Below are positions 39,601-51,098 of a stretch of DNA of 64,000 nucleotides, in pieces. A program made the translations under genes and the position numbers. Position 1 is the stretch's first letter, and every line of letters begins with the position of its first letter. The DNA is from Marsupella aquatica (lineage: Eukaryota > Plantae > Marchantiophyta), in the NCBI GenBank assembly GCA_973895155.1, contig OZ316897.1, positions 708,515 to 772,514 of the forward strand, written 5' to 3'. The notes under the pieces were generated by a model. That model did not search any database. It worked only from the letters and a program-made list of their open reading frames with translations, and was not told where the DNA came from.

Positions 39601-42600
39601 AATTTCCGAATCTGTCCATTCATGTTGTCGTGCCCTACTAAAATCAACAATTGCAAGTGGGCACATTGGCGTCGCCTCTTCCAATAACTCTGGCGTGGTT
39701 GTCTTCATTAGATTCTCACTAAAGAACGTCAAGAAAGGCTCTGTTCGTGTGCGCCCAACTCCACCAAATTGTTTGCAGTACAACCCGTCTAATCTCACCA
39801 TTAGACTTTGAGGGAAAGCCTCTTTCACAATGTTCTTCCTTAATAAACTGCTAAGGTAGACCTCCCCAGCTGCTGTTCGCAATTTTGTCAGCTCAAGTTG
39901 AGATCCCAAGGCCGGCATGATGTTGACCACCGAAGCCCATGATGTCCCCCCGGGAAACTTCTCCTTGTGCTTCTCAACAAAGTATTCAACAATGACTTGC
40001 TTCAATTTAGTCATTACCTTGATGGTATGAGCCATATCTGGCATTGACACCAGATCCATCTTGTTGGAGGCATCTTTCTTGAGAAGTGCTTTCTTCTCAT
40101 AAACCGCGGTCAATATATCAATGATATCCTTAGAACTGATCTCCCCTTCAAAACATCTAAAAAGAGTTGGCGTGACCAGCTTTAGTGGCCGCGGCCCACC
40201 ATACTCTCTTGCCCCGCCAGGGAGCTTCCCTGCCAACCAATCCCAACAAACAGTTTGCCATAAATGGAAAAGCTTATCCTCAGCAAAGAGCAACCAAAAA
40301 ATGGCTTTCAAGCTCGACTTTCCCATTGTTATCTTTGCGAGGGCAAACCAATCCTGCATTTACATTCATCCACCAAAAAACATGTTAGTATTATGCATCA
40401 ACCATGGACACACATACACTAGCAAGCTCACTTCCTTCATTGCCTTGTGGGAGAGTAAACTTCTCCCTATGTAGTACATGGTATATCGGCAGTTATGTAA
40501 CCTCCGTTCCCCTACATTCTAGGGTAAGTAGGGTTAGGGTTTTAGCCCTTATAACACTCCCCCTTGGTTGAATGAAAAATATTTCAAACAACCACAAAAG
40601 TATGGGGAAAAACTAACCCGTTTAAGGATATGTCGATTATTTGGCCAAAGTTTTAGTATGGTCTCATTAAAACCATGCTCCAATCATGGAAAGAGTGCCA
40701 CTACTATTACATGGTTTAAGGCCAAAAAAATGGAACATATCAAGAATTAACATGACTAAGGAAAAATTTATGCCTAAACTTAACACTAAAATTACACTAT
40801 GGTATGTAAAGTAAATAGTAGTCTCTACTGTAAGAGTAAACCTAAATGCAATTGTAAGTGTAAAGTAAATCTATAGATTAGGTATGCATTCGATAGTTTC
40901 CTGTAGTGGAGAGTCCTGTGTGAGTTGAATCTTGATTCGAAAGAACTGTGGAATACATGAGAACTTTGAGTCAGCGTTAGGAACGTTGGCACCGGAAAGA
41001 AAAACTGATTTTAGAATGTCGATTTCATCCAGTAGATGGTAACATCTGCGAGAGAGGAAGAGCGGGAAGCTATGCGTTGCTGAATGGTATGCAACTCGCC
41101 AAGGCAAAGCTTCCATCAACAGGCTGTCGAGTATTGCGCTGCAGCCACCTCCAGGAAAGAAAATGTTGAACTGAAATGAACGGGATCGTTGCTGCTCGAC
41201 GTTGCACTTATCCTTTTGGTTATCGGCTAATGCAAATGTGCATTGTGGGATCGCTGCTCGGATCAGAGAGAATCGGAGGAGAATCGGAGGAGAAGAGGTG
41301 AGCACGAAAAAGTTGTCTGCTCACTGGATGTTCTGGTTTTACAAGGTCCAGTTGTTTCTCGACTACTGCAAATGTGGGAGAGAACGACTGAGTTGCCCAG
41401 TTGATTGTAGTTCCTTAATAGTCGATTTAGTCTTGCTGTGCGCGAACCCGGGATAAGCTTCAGACACGGGTCAGAATACTCCTGGCTTGGCTTTCTTGGT
41501 GGAGGTCGGGCATGCTCGGTGGAGCTCGAGAGGAGGAGAGAAGATGCTGCTGCTGCTGGTAGTCGACTACTGCTGGTCGACTACATTGGTCCCACTATGA
41601 GTTCCTTGTCCCTTTGTTCGGGAGTCTTTCTTGTTGGAGCTCAGTCTTGCTAGATGGAGCTTGGTCTTGCTCGCTCGACCTCTGTCTCCCTCAGTTCTTG
41701 AAGTATATACATATCCTGAGTTCGACTCTGTTGTTCATCTTACCTTTTCTGAGCTTGATTCTTCATCTTTATCAGCATAAGTGGAATGTCCCGTGATCAG
41801 TATTCCAGTAGAGTATGTCTCCTGGTTTTCTATGAATAATCGAACATGTAATTTGTGTCAAGCAATGTCGATTTATTCATGAATGCCCTGCAGTAGTGAT
41901 TTCATACTCCTCATTCCAATACCATATGTATGTTCCCTGTGTAGGGATGGTGGTAGTGGTTTCGTGAATAAATCTGCTCGATTTTCCTTGCTAGGAATCC
42001 ACTGCACATTTACCTGTTCGCCATGCTGCTCATGTGTATAGAAGAACTTGGGTGCTATATGTTTAATTCGATCCCCTTTGATAAATCCCTGCACTATCTG
42101 ATCGACACAGGGTCGATTGTCTTCGTATATAACAGTAGGTTTATCAAATCGGGGTCTGCCTGTGTTTTTCTGAATATGATCTATCAAATGTCTTAACCAA
42201 ATGCATTCCCTAGTGGCTTCGTATAGGGCAATGATCTTCGAATGATTAGAAGAAGTAGCTGTCAGTGTCTGTTTGCAGCTTCTCCATGAGATAGCAGTAC
42301 CTCCTTGAAGAAAAACATATCCTGTCTGGGATTTTGCATCGTTAGGGTCGGAAAGGTACCCTGCGTCCGCATATCCCACTAATAGATTTTCTGACTGCTT
42401 GGGAAAGAATAGTCCCAGGTCTGTGGTTCCTCGCAGGTAACGGAACACTCGCTTTACTCCATTCCAGTGACGGATAGTTGGTTTTGCACTATGGCGTGCA
42501 AGGAGATTCACTGCGAAAGCTATGTCAGGACGGGACTGGGTAGCCAGGTACATTAGAGCACCTATCACAGAGAGGTAAGGTTTTTCTGGGCCAAGAATTG

Positions 42601-45600
42601 CTTCCGGTGTAGTCCATTTCTTGAATGTATCTTTTGCAGGATCTGAGGATCTTAAATCCATTGGAGTGCTTACAGGGTAAGCAGCAACCATGTTAAACTG
42701 TTTTAATACCTTCTCAGTGTAGGTCGATTGATTAACTAGTATGCCATTATGCAGGTGATTAAATTGTAAGCCCAAGCAATAGGTGGGCTTACCTATATCC
42801 CGCATCTCGAATGTCTTCTTCAGGATGTCTATTGTTTCCGCTGTGATTTTTGCTGTGCCGAAAATATTGATGTCGTCCACATAAATTGCGATAATGACAA
42901 ATTCATTTCCTTCCTGTTTGATAAAGAGGCACGGAGCAATATCATCAGTAATAAAATTCAATGTAATCATTTCAGCTTTGAATCGTTTATACCAGGTCCG
43001 CCCACTCTGTTTTAAACCATATAGAGAACGAAGTACCTGAACTGCAAGTTCTCTTTTAACTTTCTTTGTTGGTATAACAGGGGTAACCTGTGAGGAAGAC
43101 ATTCATTTCCTCGGAGCAGATGTGTGCAGTACGTCTTGCTTAGTCGGGACTAAAGGTCCGATTTCAGTCGTCACTAAATTCAAATTGCCTGTAGGACAAG
43201 TTTGATGTACTCCAGGTTGTAGACCTGGGTTTATTTTACCGGTTTTCTCCCCCTCAATGTGAAACGTCAATCGCTTGATGAGTTCCGGGGGTGCCTTCAT
43301 ATAAATCTTGGTATCAAGGATACCATATAGATAGGCAGTAATCACATCTAAAATATGCATAACTAGTTTGTTCATAAGAGCATATGCGATTAGATATCTC
43401 TATGTGATTGAATCCATTACAGGAGAGTATGTTTGATCAAAGTCTCGGTCGGGGATCTGGGTATAGCCCTTCGCGACCAAGCGCGCTTTATGTCTGATCA
43501 CTTCTCCTTTTGCATTTCGTTTTCTGACAAAAATGAATCTGTAACCTGTAAGATGAAGTCCTGCAGGTGCAGTAATAATGGGTCCAAAAACTTTTCGTTT
43601 TATTAGTGAGTCTAGTTCTGAATTTATAGCTAACTCCCATTGTGGCCAGTCTGGGCGAGTTCGGGCCTCAACAATCGTTAGGGGATCAGGAATAGTGTTT
43701 TTAATGTCCTCAGAAATCTTGAATGCAAAGATATCATCAACCTGTGTCTTATCACGCTGCAGTATCTGCCCGGTATGTACATAATTAATTGTAATCTCAT
43801 CATTATCGGCTGTGCCTTGTGAAGATGGTACTGTAGTAGGTATATTTCTGGGAGATAGCATGGGTGTACGTGGCTGTCTAGGGTGAGAATCCTTGGATCC
43901 CAGTGGGCGACCTCTTTTTGCCGTGGGTGCAGTCTCAGTTGCAGATGTAGTCTGTCGAGAAATTTGAGCTGGTACATTTGCTGCCTCTACATGTGAGCGA
44001 GTTACCTTGGCTGCATCGTTAAAAGCATCTGGAAGTTTCATAAGCATTTGTTGTAAATGGAGAACACGTTGTACTCCTTCATCTGCTTCTTTAGTGTGGT
44101 GGTCGTCTGCAAGCAGGCGGGTAGACAACCATTGTAAGTCTTTTACTTTTACCTTTCCGTTGCTTGTTGGGTCTTCTGTCAGAGTTGGAAATTCATCTTC
44201 AAAGAAATTGCAATCTTGGAACCGTGCTTTGAAAACATCTGTTGTTGAGGGTTCCAAGTATCTTATAATAGAGTGTGAGTCAAATCCCACATAGATGCCT
44301 CGTTGCCTCTGGGGTCCCATTGTAGTTCGCTTGGGACCTAAAATAGGGACAAGAACCAGGCATCCAAAAATTCGTAGGTGTGTGATGTCTGGTGGTAACC
44401 CGTATGCCAAGAAGTGGGGGGTCTGAGAATTAAATGATGATGGTCTCAGTCGAATGAGGGCAGCTGCATGCAGAACCGCATGACCCCAAGCTGATGCTGG
44501 TAAGTTTGACTGCATCAGTAGGGGTCTAGCCACCAGTTGTATTCTTTTGATTATAGATTCTGCAATACCATTCTGAAAATGCACATGTGGAACAGGGTAT
44601 TCAGTATCGATGCCTGCTGTTTCACAGAAGGTATCGAAGGTTTTTGAGGTAAATTCCCCCGCGTTATCAACTCTGATTGCTTTAATTGGATTCTCTGGGA
44701 ACTGATGTTTTAATTTCAAAATGTGTGATAATATCCTCGGGAAGACTAGATTTTGAGTGGATAGCAGAGAGACTTGTGACCACTTGGTGGAGGCATCAAT
44801 GATAACCAGGAAGTATCTGAATGGGCCAGAAGGTGGGTCTATTGGGCCACAGACATCTGCTTGGATCCTCTCCAAGAATTGTGGGATCTTATGTATTGTC
44901 TTTGATGGTGCTGGACGAGTTATCATTTTTCCCTGTGAACATGCATGGTTTGCTGGTGGCTGAAGGGTGAACACCTTGAGGTATGCCCACGGTAGCCTTT
45001 AGGATATTATGATACATAGTTGTACCAGGATGTCCAAGGCGATTATGCCATATCTGTGTTAAGGTAAGTGGAGTACTTGCAGCATAATAAGAATAGATCC
45101 GAGTGATGTATAGTCCGGGGGGGTATAAAGGTAGTATTTCTTGGACTAATCTCCCTGATTTGGTATTCTCCAGGATATGTAAGACTTCTCGGTTTCCACA
45201 AGTATCTGTGTGAATATGAAGTCTATTGGCGCATATGTCACTGAAACTTATAAGGTTTCGAGTGGCCCGTGGAGCATAAATTGCAGATTCTATGTGGAGG
45301 ACTGTGCCCTTGGGTAATCTTACTTGTGCTGGACCAAAACCTTCCTCTATATGATTAGGACCAGTGATTGTTGTCATGGATCTGTGGCATGGAGTGATAT
45401 TTAGGAAGTAATCTTTTTGGCATAATATGGAATGAGATGTACCGCTATCAACGATACAATTGTGATTATCGTCCAACATTGAGGGATTATCTCCTAATTT
45501 GGGAGTATGGACTTCGGGGGCTGTTGGGTCTGGTGCATATCCCTCAATGTTATCTATGATTTCCATGTAGTTACCGTGGGCTTCATTATTGGGTAATTCC

Positions 45601-48600
45601 ATGCGTTGCTTGTAGAGTTTAACTAGGTGGGCAGGAGTTCGGCAATTTTTCTGTAAGTGTCCTCTTGTGCCACACCTAAAACATTCAATAGGATTCTCGG
45701 GTTCTCTTGCCCACTTATTGTATCCTCTTCCACGGCCTCTGCCTCTATATGCATGCAGTTCCTCGTCCTCGTTGTCCTCCTCGTCCTTGATTAAAGTTTC
45801 CGAATGCTTGGTTTTCTCTCTGGAATTGGCCAAAACCTCTGCCCCTCTCTTGGTTTCTGCCTCGGTTATATGTTCTTTGTCCCCTCCCCCTGAAATTTCC
45901 TCTACCTCGTCCTCTAATTCTGTCATTCTGTCTATTGAAATTAATTTCAGGTTTAGGTGGGGGTGCGGATGTCCCAGGTGGGCGAGATTTGGCATTTTCC
46001 AGGAGGAGTAATTGATGCTTCTCAGCAAGAAGCATATGAGCTATCAGCTCTGAATATTTCATAAATCCCATGTTTCTGTATTGAGATGCAAGGATGAGGT
46101 TTCCTGCACTGAAAGTGGATAGAGTTCTTTCAATCTGTTTGGCGTCGTTGACTGGGTGGCCACATATGGATAGTTGAGAGGTTATCCGGAAAAGTTCTCC
46201 ATTATAATTGGATATAGAAGTGTGGTCCTGCACACGCAAATTGATCCAATCATGACGTGCGGCCGGCAGGGAGACCAGGCGCATGTGATCAAACCTTGAT
46301 TTTAGATCTTCCTAGAGAATTCTGGGGTTGAATTGATTCAGGTATTGAATCTTGAGTGGTTCGGCAAGGTGATGTCGTATGAAGATTAATACTCTCGCCT
46401 TCTGTGGTACTGTTAGGCCTGCATCTGTGTAAAGAGCTTGTAGGTCTTTTGATGAAAGATATGCTTTGATATCAAGTGACCAGGATAAATAATTGGCACC
46501 ATCAGTAGTTAGAGCCTTAAATTGAAGCTTCTCAATAGAATTCATTGTAATAGGAGTTATGGTAATTTGATCTCAAATTGAGTTATATCCAGGAATTTGT
46601 GAATTATGTTCTGCCTGGATTCTGTAAATCAGTTATGGCCTTGATGTCTAAGAAATTCAGATGGAAAGAAATTGTTGAGAAAAAGAACTCCCTTGCATTG
46701 ACCAAAGATGCTTGTGCTCCTGATCCTTGAAATTGTCGTTGTAAATTGAATCATATACAAAAGGTCTTAATTCAATCAATAGTTCAAAATGTGCACATAG
46801 ATTCACTGAATCGATTTGCTAAGAAAAATTAAATCAAAGGTTGTGCTCCAAATGTAGAGTCGTGCTGATGACGTATTATGCATCAACCATGGACACACAT
46901 ACACCAGCAAGCTCACTTCCTTCATTGCCTTGTGGGAGAGTAAACTTCTCCCTATGTAGTACATGGTATATCGGCAGTTATGTAACCTCCGTTCCCCTAC
47001 ATTCTAGGGTAAGTAGGGTTAGGGTTTTAGCCCTTATAACAGTTAGATGTTTAAACTTAGAAACTTCAACTTCTCTGCCTCGACCCTAGAGCGAGGCGAA
47101 GAAAATGACAAAGCCATATGAAAATGGTTGGGGCAATCATTGTATTCATCATTCAATTTCATTTGGGTCACTCTAAGAGCGAGGCAAAATTAAACTACAG
47201 TTCCAACTAATGAAAATGTTTACCTGGTATTTCTGGTTGTCTGTACTTTGGTTTGTTCCAATTCCTGGACGCGGTGGTTTCCCACATTCATCAAATTGCC
47301 TTCTCGCATGAACAACTGTCTCTAGAAAACAAGACTTAAACTGCATGGTCTGATTTACTGCATTTGAAAGGCTCGAGTGCTCGACCAAAATTGCCCTTGG
47401 AGTGAGGTCTGATAAGATCCTTGCTTTCCGATATTGGAGTTTGCTAGCAAGATCAGTTAGCTTGGCATCCTTGTCTGCCCACCCTTGAATCCATTGTGCA
47501 GCCTTTGCAGAATGTTGCCCACTGATTGCAAGAAATTGTATCTCTTGCTTCTTAACACCAAACAAAAATTGCTTCCGATCGCGTGCGGTATTGTCAAAAT
47601 GTAACAACTGCTTAGTGCGCTCTAGAAATGGAATCAAATCTGCAACATGTGGTTCCTGGCCAGGGTTTTTCATCATTGATTTTGCTATCTCTAAGGCATG
47701 AGCCTGGTTGAACATCCGATACACAAAAACTGCAGTAGGCGGAAGAATACTTTTAACCGGGATTTCAAAAACCTCCCTGATTCCAAAAGTGTAGTATTGC
47801 TCGATGTTCCGCAAAGCTTTCTGCCCCCCCAATACATCTCGTTCCTCTGGTGCATCTGTTGGGCATGTATCATCCTCCGGATCCAAGACCAACCTTGCTT
47901 TTGACGCTGACACGGGCTTTGATTTTCCAATCTTGGCCTTCTTCTTGGGCTTCTTGTCGGAGTCCTTATCTTTCTTCTTCAATGCCGCCTTTTTTCCTCT
48001 AGTACTTCCTTCACTCCTTGGCTCTCTTTGTTTTCTCTTCTTCTGTGTTTCAGCCGACGTCATTTCTTTGGCCTTCATCTTCATCTTCCCCTTACCTCGA
48101 TGCTTTTCTTCCTTCTTCTTTTGAGTTGAAATCCACTTCATGCAAGCATCTTCGTCAAACTCATCAGAGAAAATAAAACTCTTATCAATTGCTTGCTCAT
48201 ATGAAAAGCGTGCTGTTTCAATCATCCTCTGGACAACCCATGTGTTAGGAAGATCTATAAGGTCCGGATGATCATGCATGTACCGCTTCATAGAGAGGAA
48301 TCCAAAGACAACATCAACCCCACTCAATTTGAATCTTCCATGCCTCTCAAGAACATCCTCTGCAGTGAACCCATCTGGAAGAAATCCCATTGAACAAATA
48401 CTAGCCTCCGAGCGTGCTATCCATTCCACGTTGATAATTGACGAGTACATCTTGATTGGCAAGTAAAGTCTCATCCACTGAGATCTTTCTCTGGATTCAA
48501 TAATGATTGTAACATTGCGGTTATCACTACAATTTACAAGGACCACAGGGCCCAACGCAACTATCTTCTTGTCGTTCATTGTCTCAGCAGTGATTGCCTT

Positions 48601-49393
48601 GATACAAATCATCGACAAGTCATTCTCCATGATCCCTACTTCAAGTGCCCACGAAAATCCTGCCTTATCTTGTCCAGGGAAAATAAAGTCCTTGACATCC
48701 TCGGCCATAATATTTAACTCTGGGGATCCAAGTTGTTCTCCTGGAAAAACAAATTGAAACGACAAACATTAAAGCAAGAGATCTTCTGTGTTGCCTCGCC
48801 CCTAGAGCGAGTTGGAGACAAGGTCTGCATCAACAAACATGTGGGTTGGGTCGCTCCTGGAGCGACCCTAGGAAACTTAAATCAAGGTCCAACCAACAAC
48901 AAATTTGGGTCGCTCCAAGAGCGACCCTAGGAAAACTTAAATCAAGGTCCAACCAACAACAAAGTTGGGTCGCTCCTGGAGCGACCCTAGGAAAACTTAA
49001 ATCAACGTCCAACCAACAACAAAGTTGGGTCGCTCCTGGAGCGACCCTAGGAAAACTTAAATCAACGTCCAACCAACAACAAAGTTGGGTCGCTCCTGGA
49101 GCGACCCTAGGAAAACTTAAATCAACATCCAACCAATAACAACGACAAATCTTAGGCAAGATAGGGTCGCTCTAAGAGCGACCCTTCAAAGACTAACTTG
49201 CATCAATTGTTGAATCATACTTACGTGGAACTGTGATATGAAATCCCCTTGAGGCGGCCAAAGCGGATTCCACCGACATCTTTAGTAAAGTGTCTTGAGA
49301 ATCATACTCAAAGATTTTACTAGAATCAAAGTTTAGGGACTGCCCAGAACTAGAAGTGCTAGTAGAATCATCAGAACTAGAGGAAGTGGCCAT
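36679..49393 (-). CDS. Predicted 5-exon, ~1712-aa ParB-like / N6-N4 DNA methyltransferase-like / FCP1(NIF) HAD-phosphatase-like protein
   Basis: Exons 49393-49225, 48740-47224, 40353-38070, 37994-37899 and 37751-36679; all GT-AG, phases 1,0,1,1 match; total 5139 nt with no stop. Motifs: FLAISGQHSAKA (ParB-like), NPHAKPRHMLKNIIECFSGEGETVLDFFSGG (beta-class MTase motifs X/I), KLLILDLN..RPGLHQFL..LKDL..NTLLIDDSP (NIF). Confidence 0.78.
40389..40556 (-). repeat. Copia 3' LTR
   Basis: Direct repeat of 46874-47041. Confidence 0.95.
41873..46545 (-). pseudogene. Copia gag-pol (gag, CCHC, PR, GAG-pre-INT, INT, RT, RH) with stops and frameshifts
   Basis: CFRCGTRGHLQKNC, IVDSGTSH, WHNRLGH, QADVCGP/RVDNAGEF/NGIAE, KARLVAKG, SLYGLKQSGR, IYVDD, YADAG, YEDN, KHIAPKFF. 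Confidence 0.93.
46855..46873 (-). promoter_or_regulatory. Primer-binding site resembling the complement of a tRNA-Ile 5' half (anticodon arm)
   Basis: Plus-strand TAGAG-TCGTGCTGATGACG resembles tRNA-Ile(AAU) TAGAGCGTCGTGCTAATAACG and lies directly against the 5' LTR. Confidence 0.7.
46874..47041 (-). repeat. Copia 5' LTR
   Basis: Direct repeat of 40389-40556. Confidence 0.95.
48845..49185. repeat. 60-bp intronic tandem repeat (~5 copies) carrying the TCGCTC-N3-GAGCGA palindrome
   Basis: Unit GGGTCGCTCCTGGAGCGACCCTAGGAAAACTTAAATCAA.GTCCAACCAACAACAAAGTT. Confidence 0.93.
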
Positions 49394-50459
49394 TGAAAAA
49401 TGCCTCACAAACGTTTAGATGACACGTGGCAGCCTAGTATACAAGAACGCCTATAGCTAGACCACACCACGGAGCGAGGCTACAGAGCAAGGAAAACAAT
49501 CTACTATGAGCAAGGCAAAATCAACAGAGCGAGGCAAGAAAATCTACTATGAGCGAGGCAAGAGGGAGGAGGGAAACCAGGGCAGCCGGGCAAGAAGACA
49601 ATGAAGGAGGAGATGGATGCAAGAAGACAATGAAGGAGGAGATGGATGCAAGAAGACAATGAGGCAAATGAGGTAATGTCTTTGCCTTTTGCCTTCCTAT
49701 ACCCTCACTGCCACGGCCGATCCTACGCCACGGCCGATCGTACGTGACCTTACGCAACCCAGCCACTTGCTCCCTTCCACGCGCCTGTGAACTCGCAACC
49801 CTCATAATGACCTAGCTGTACGGGTATCCATAGATTTTGAAAAATGATGCACGGTCGTACGGGTGTCCACAGAATGCCGATCAGAGTAATCAGACTTTCG
49901 GCCTCTCGATGTTGTGAACCCCTTCAGGACAAACTTGGCTAAAGCTTGCTCACAAATGGTATAAAGCTCTACAGTTCCAATCATTTCTCTCTTTTGTATG
50001 GCGCGTGCGTTTCTGGTCATTGCTCACTCTCGGTCTCGCCCTTCCCTTGTCTATCTTGCTTCTGTTTGGTGACTGATTCGACTGACTTGGACATTTATGG
50101 TTACAAGAGTTCGTGCAAGGAAAGTCCTGTTTCAAGTATATTGCATTAGTTTTGGTGTCCTTGGTTGGCGACACGTCTTCTATAGTCCTTAAGAGAGGTA
50201 TTACTTCATCTACCATTCTCTTAATTTCTTCTCTATGATATCCACCAAATATTTGGTCCTAGCTTTATCTTAATATATGGACCTAACTAAGCCCTAGATA
50301 ATGTAGGGTTCCTAACGACACACTCGTCTACCCACACGTCTACACACTTCAATGGTCTAATTCAGCTTAATCATTCCCCTGTTTTATTCATTTCCATATT
50401 TTCTCTTTTCCTTCACAATTCTTGCTTCTCCAAGATTGTGCTCGTCTTTTCTTGCTCTC

Positions 50460-50925
50460 CCGTTGCCTCGCTCCAAGAGCGTCATGCCCTTGCCTCGCTC
50501 CAAGAGCGTCATACACTTACCTTTCATCAGGAGCATCCTGCCCTTTCTTTTCTCCAAGGGCATCCGCTCTCCATTTCCTCGCCATCAGAGCGTCCCTCAA
50601 CCGCCTCGCCCCTAGAGCGACCCTCCATCGCCTAGCCCCTAGAGTGGCCCTCATTCACCTTGCCCCTAGAGTGTCTCTCCATCGCCTCGCCCCTAGAGCG
50701 ACCCTCATTCACCTCGCCCCTAGAGCGTCCCTCCATCGCCTCGCCTCTAGAGCGACCCTCCATCGCCTCGCCTCTAGAGCGACCCTCCATCTCCTCGCCC
50801 CTAGAGCGACCCTCCATCGCCTGGCCCCTAGAGCGACCCTCCATTGCCTCGCCCCTAGAGCGTCCCTCAATCGCCTTGCCCCTAGAGCGTTGCAACCTTG
50901 CCTCGCTCCAAGAGCGTCCCTGACC
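50460..50925. repeat. 27-bp tandem repeat (~17 copies) with a TCGCCCCTAGAGCGA core
   Basis: Unit CATCGCCTCGCCCCTAGAGCGACCCTC. Confidence 0.93.
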
Positions 50926-51098
50926 TTAGAATCCTGTTGTGTAAAGCCAATACACATAAACTCCCAAATATTTTTTTCCTTTAAATAGAATTCAAATGTT
51001 TAGATCTAATATTGTAATATCTAGAGTAGTGCTTATCAGTATGCACATCAGCTGAACAATTTTTAAATGTTTTTGGATGCAGAGATCCTCTCGCTACC

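Larger units (their letters stand above)
40389..47041 (-). mobile_element. Ty1/Copia retrotransposon (Bianca-like), full length, in intron 2 of the ParB-MTase-NIF gene
   Basis: 168-bp LTRs 40389-40556 and 46874-47041 (1 mismatch), TG..TA termini on the minus strand, 5-bp TSD GTTAG (40384-40388, 47042-47046), PPT at 40557-40567. Confidence 0.95.

Noticed and set aside
40521-40545. Telomere-like TAGGGTT repeats in the Copia LTRs and near 29335
   Set aside because: Only 2-3 degenerate units; telobox-like at most, not interstitial telomere.
48830-49159. Repetitive ORFs on both strands
   Set aside because: Translation of the 60-bp intronic repeat.
50422-50988. 188-aa LAPRA-repeat ORF and its antisense ORFs
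   Set aside because: By-product of the 27-bp repeat, whose length is a multiple of 3.
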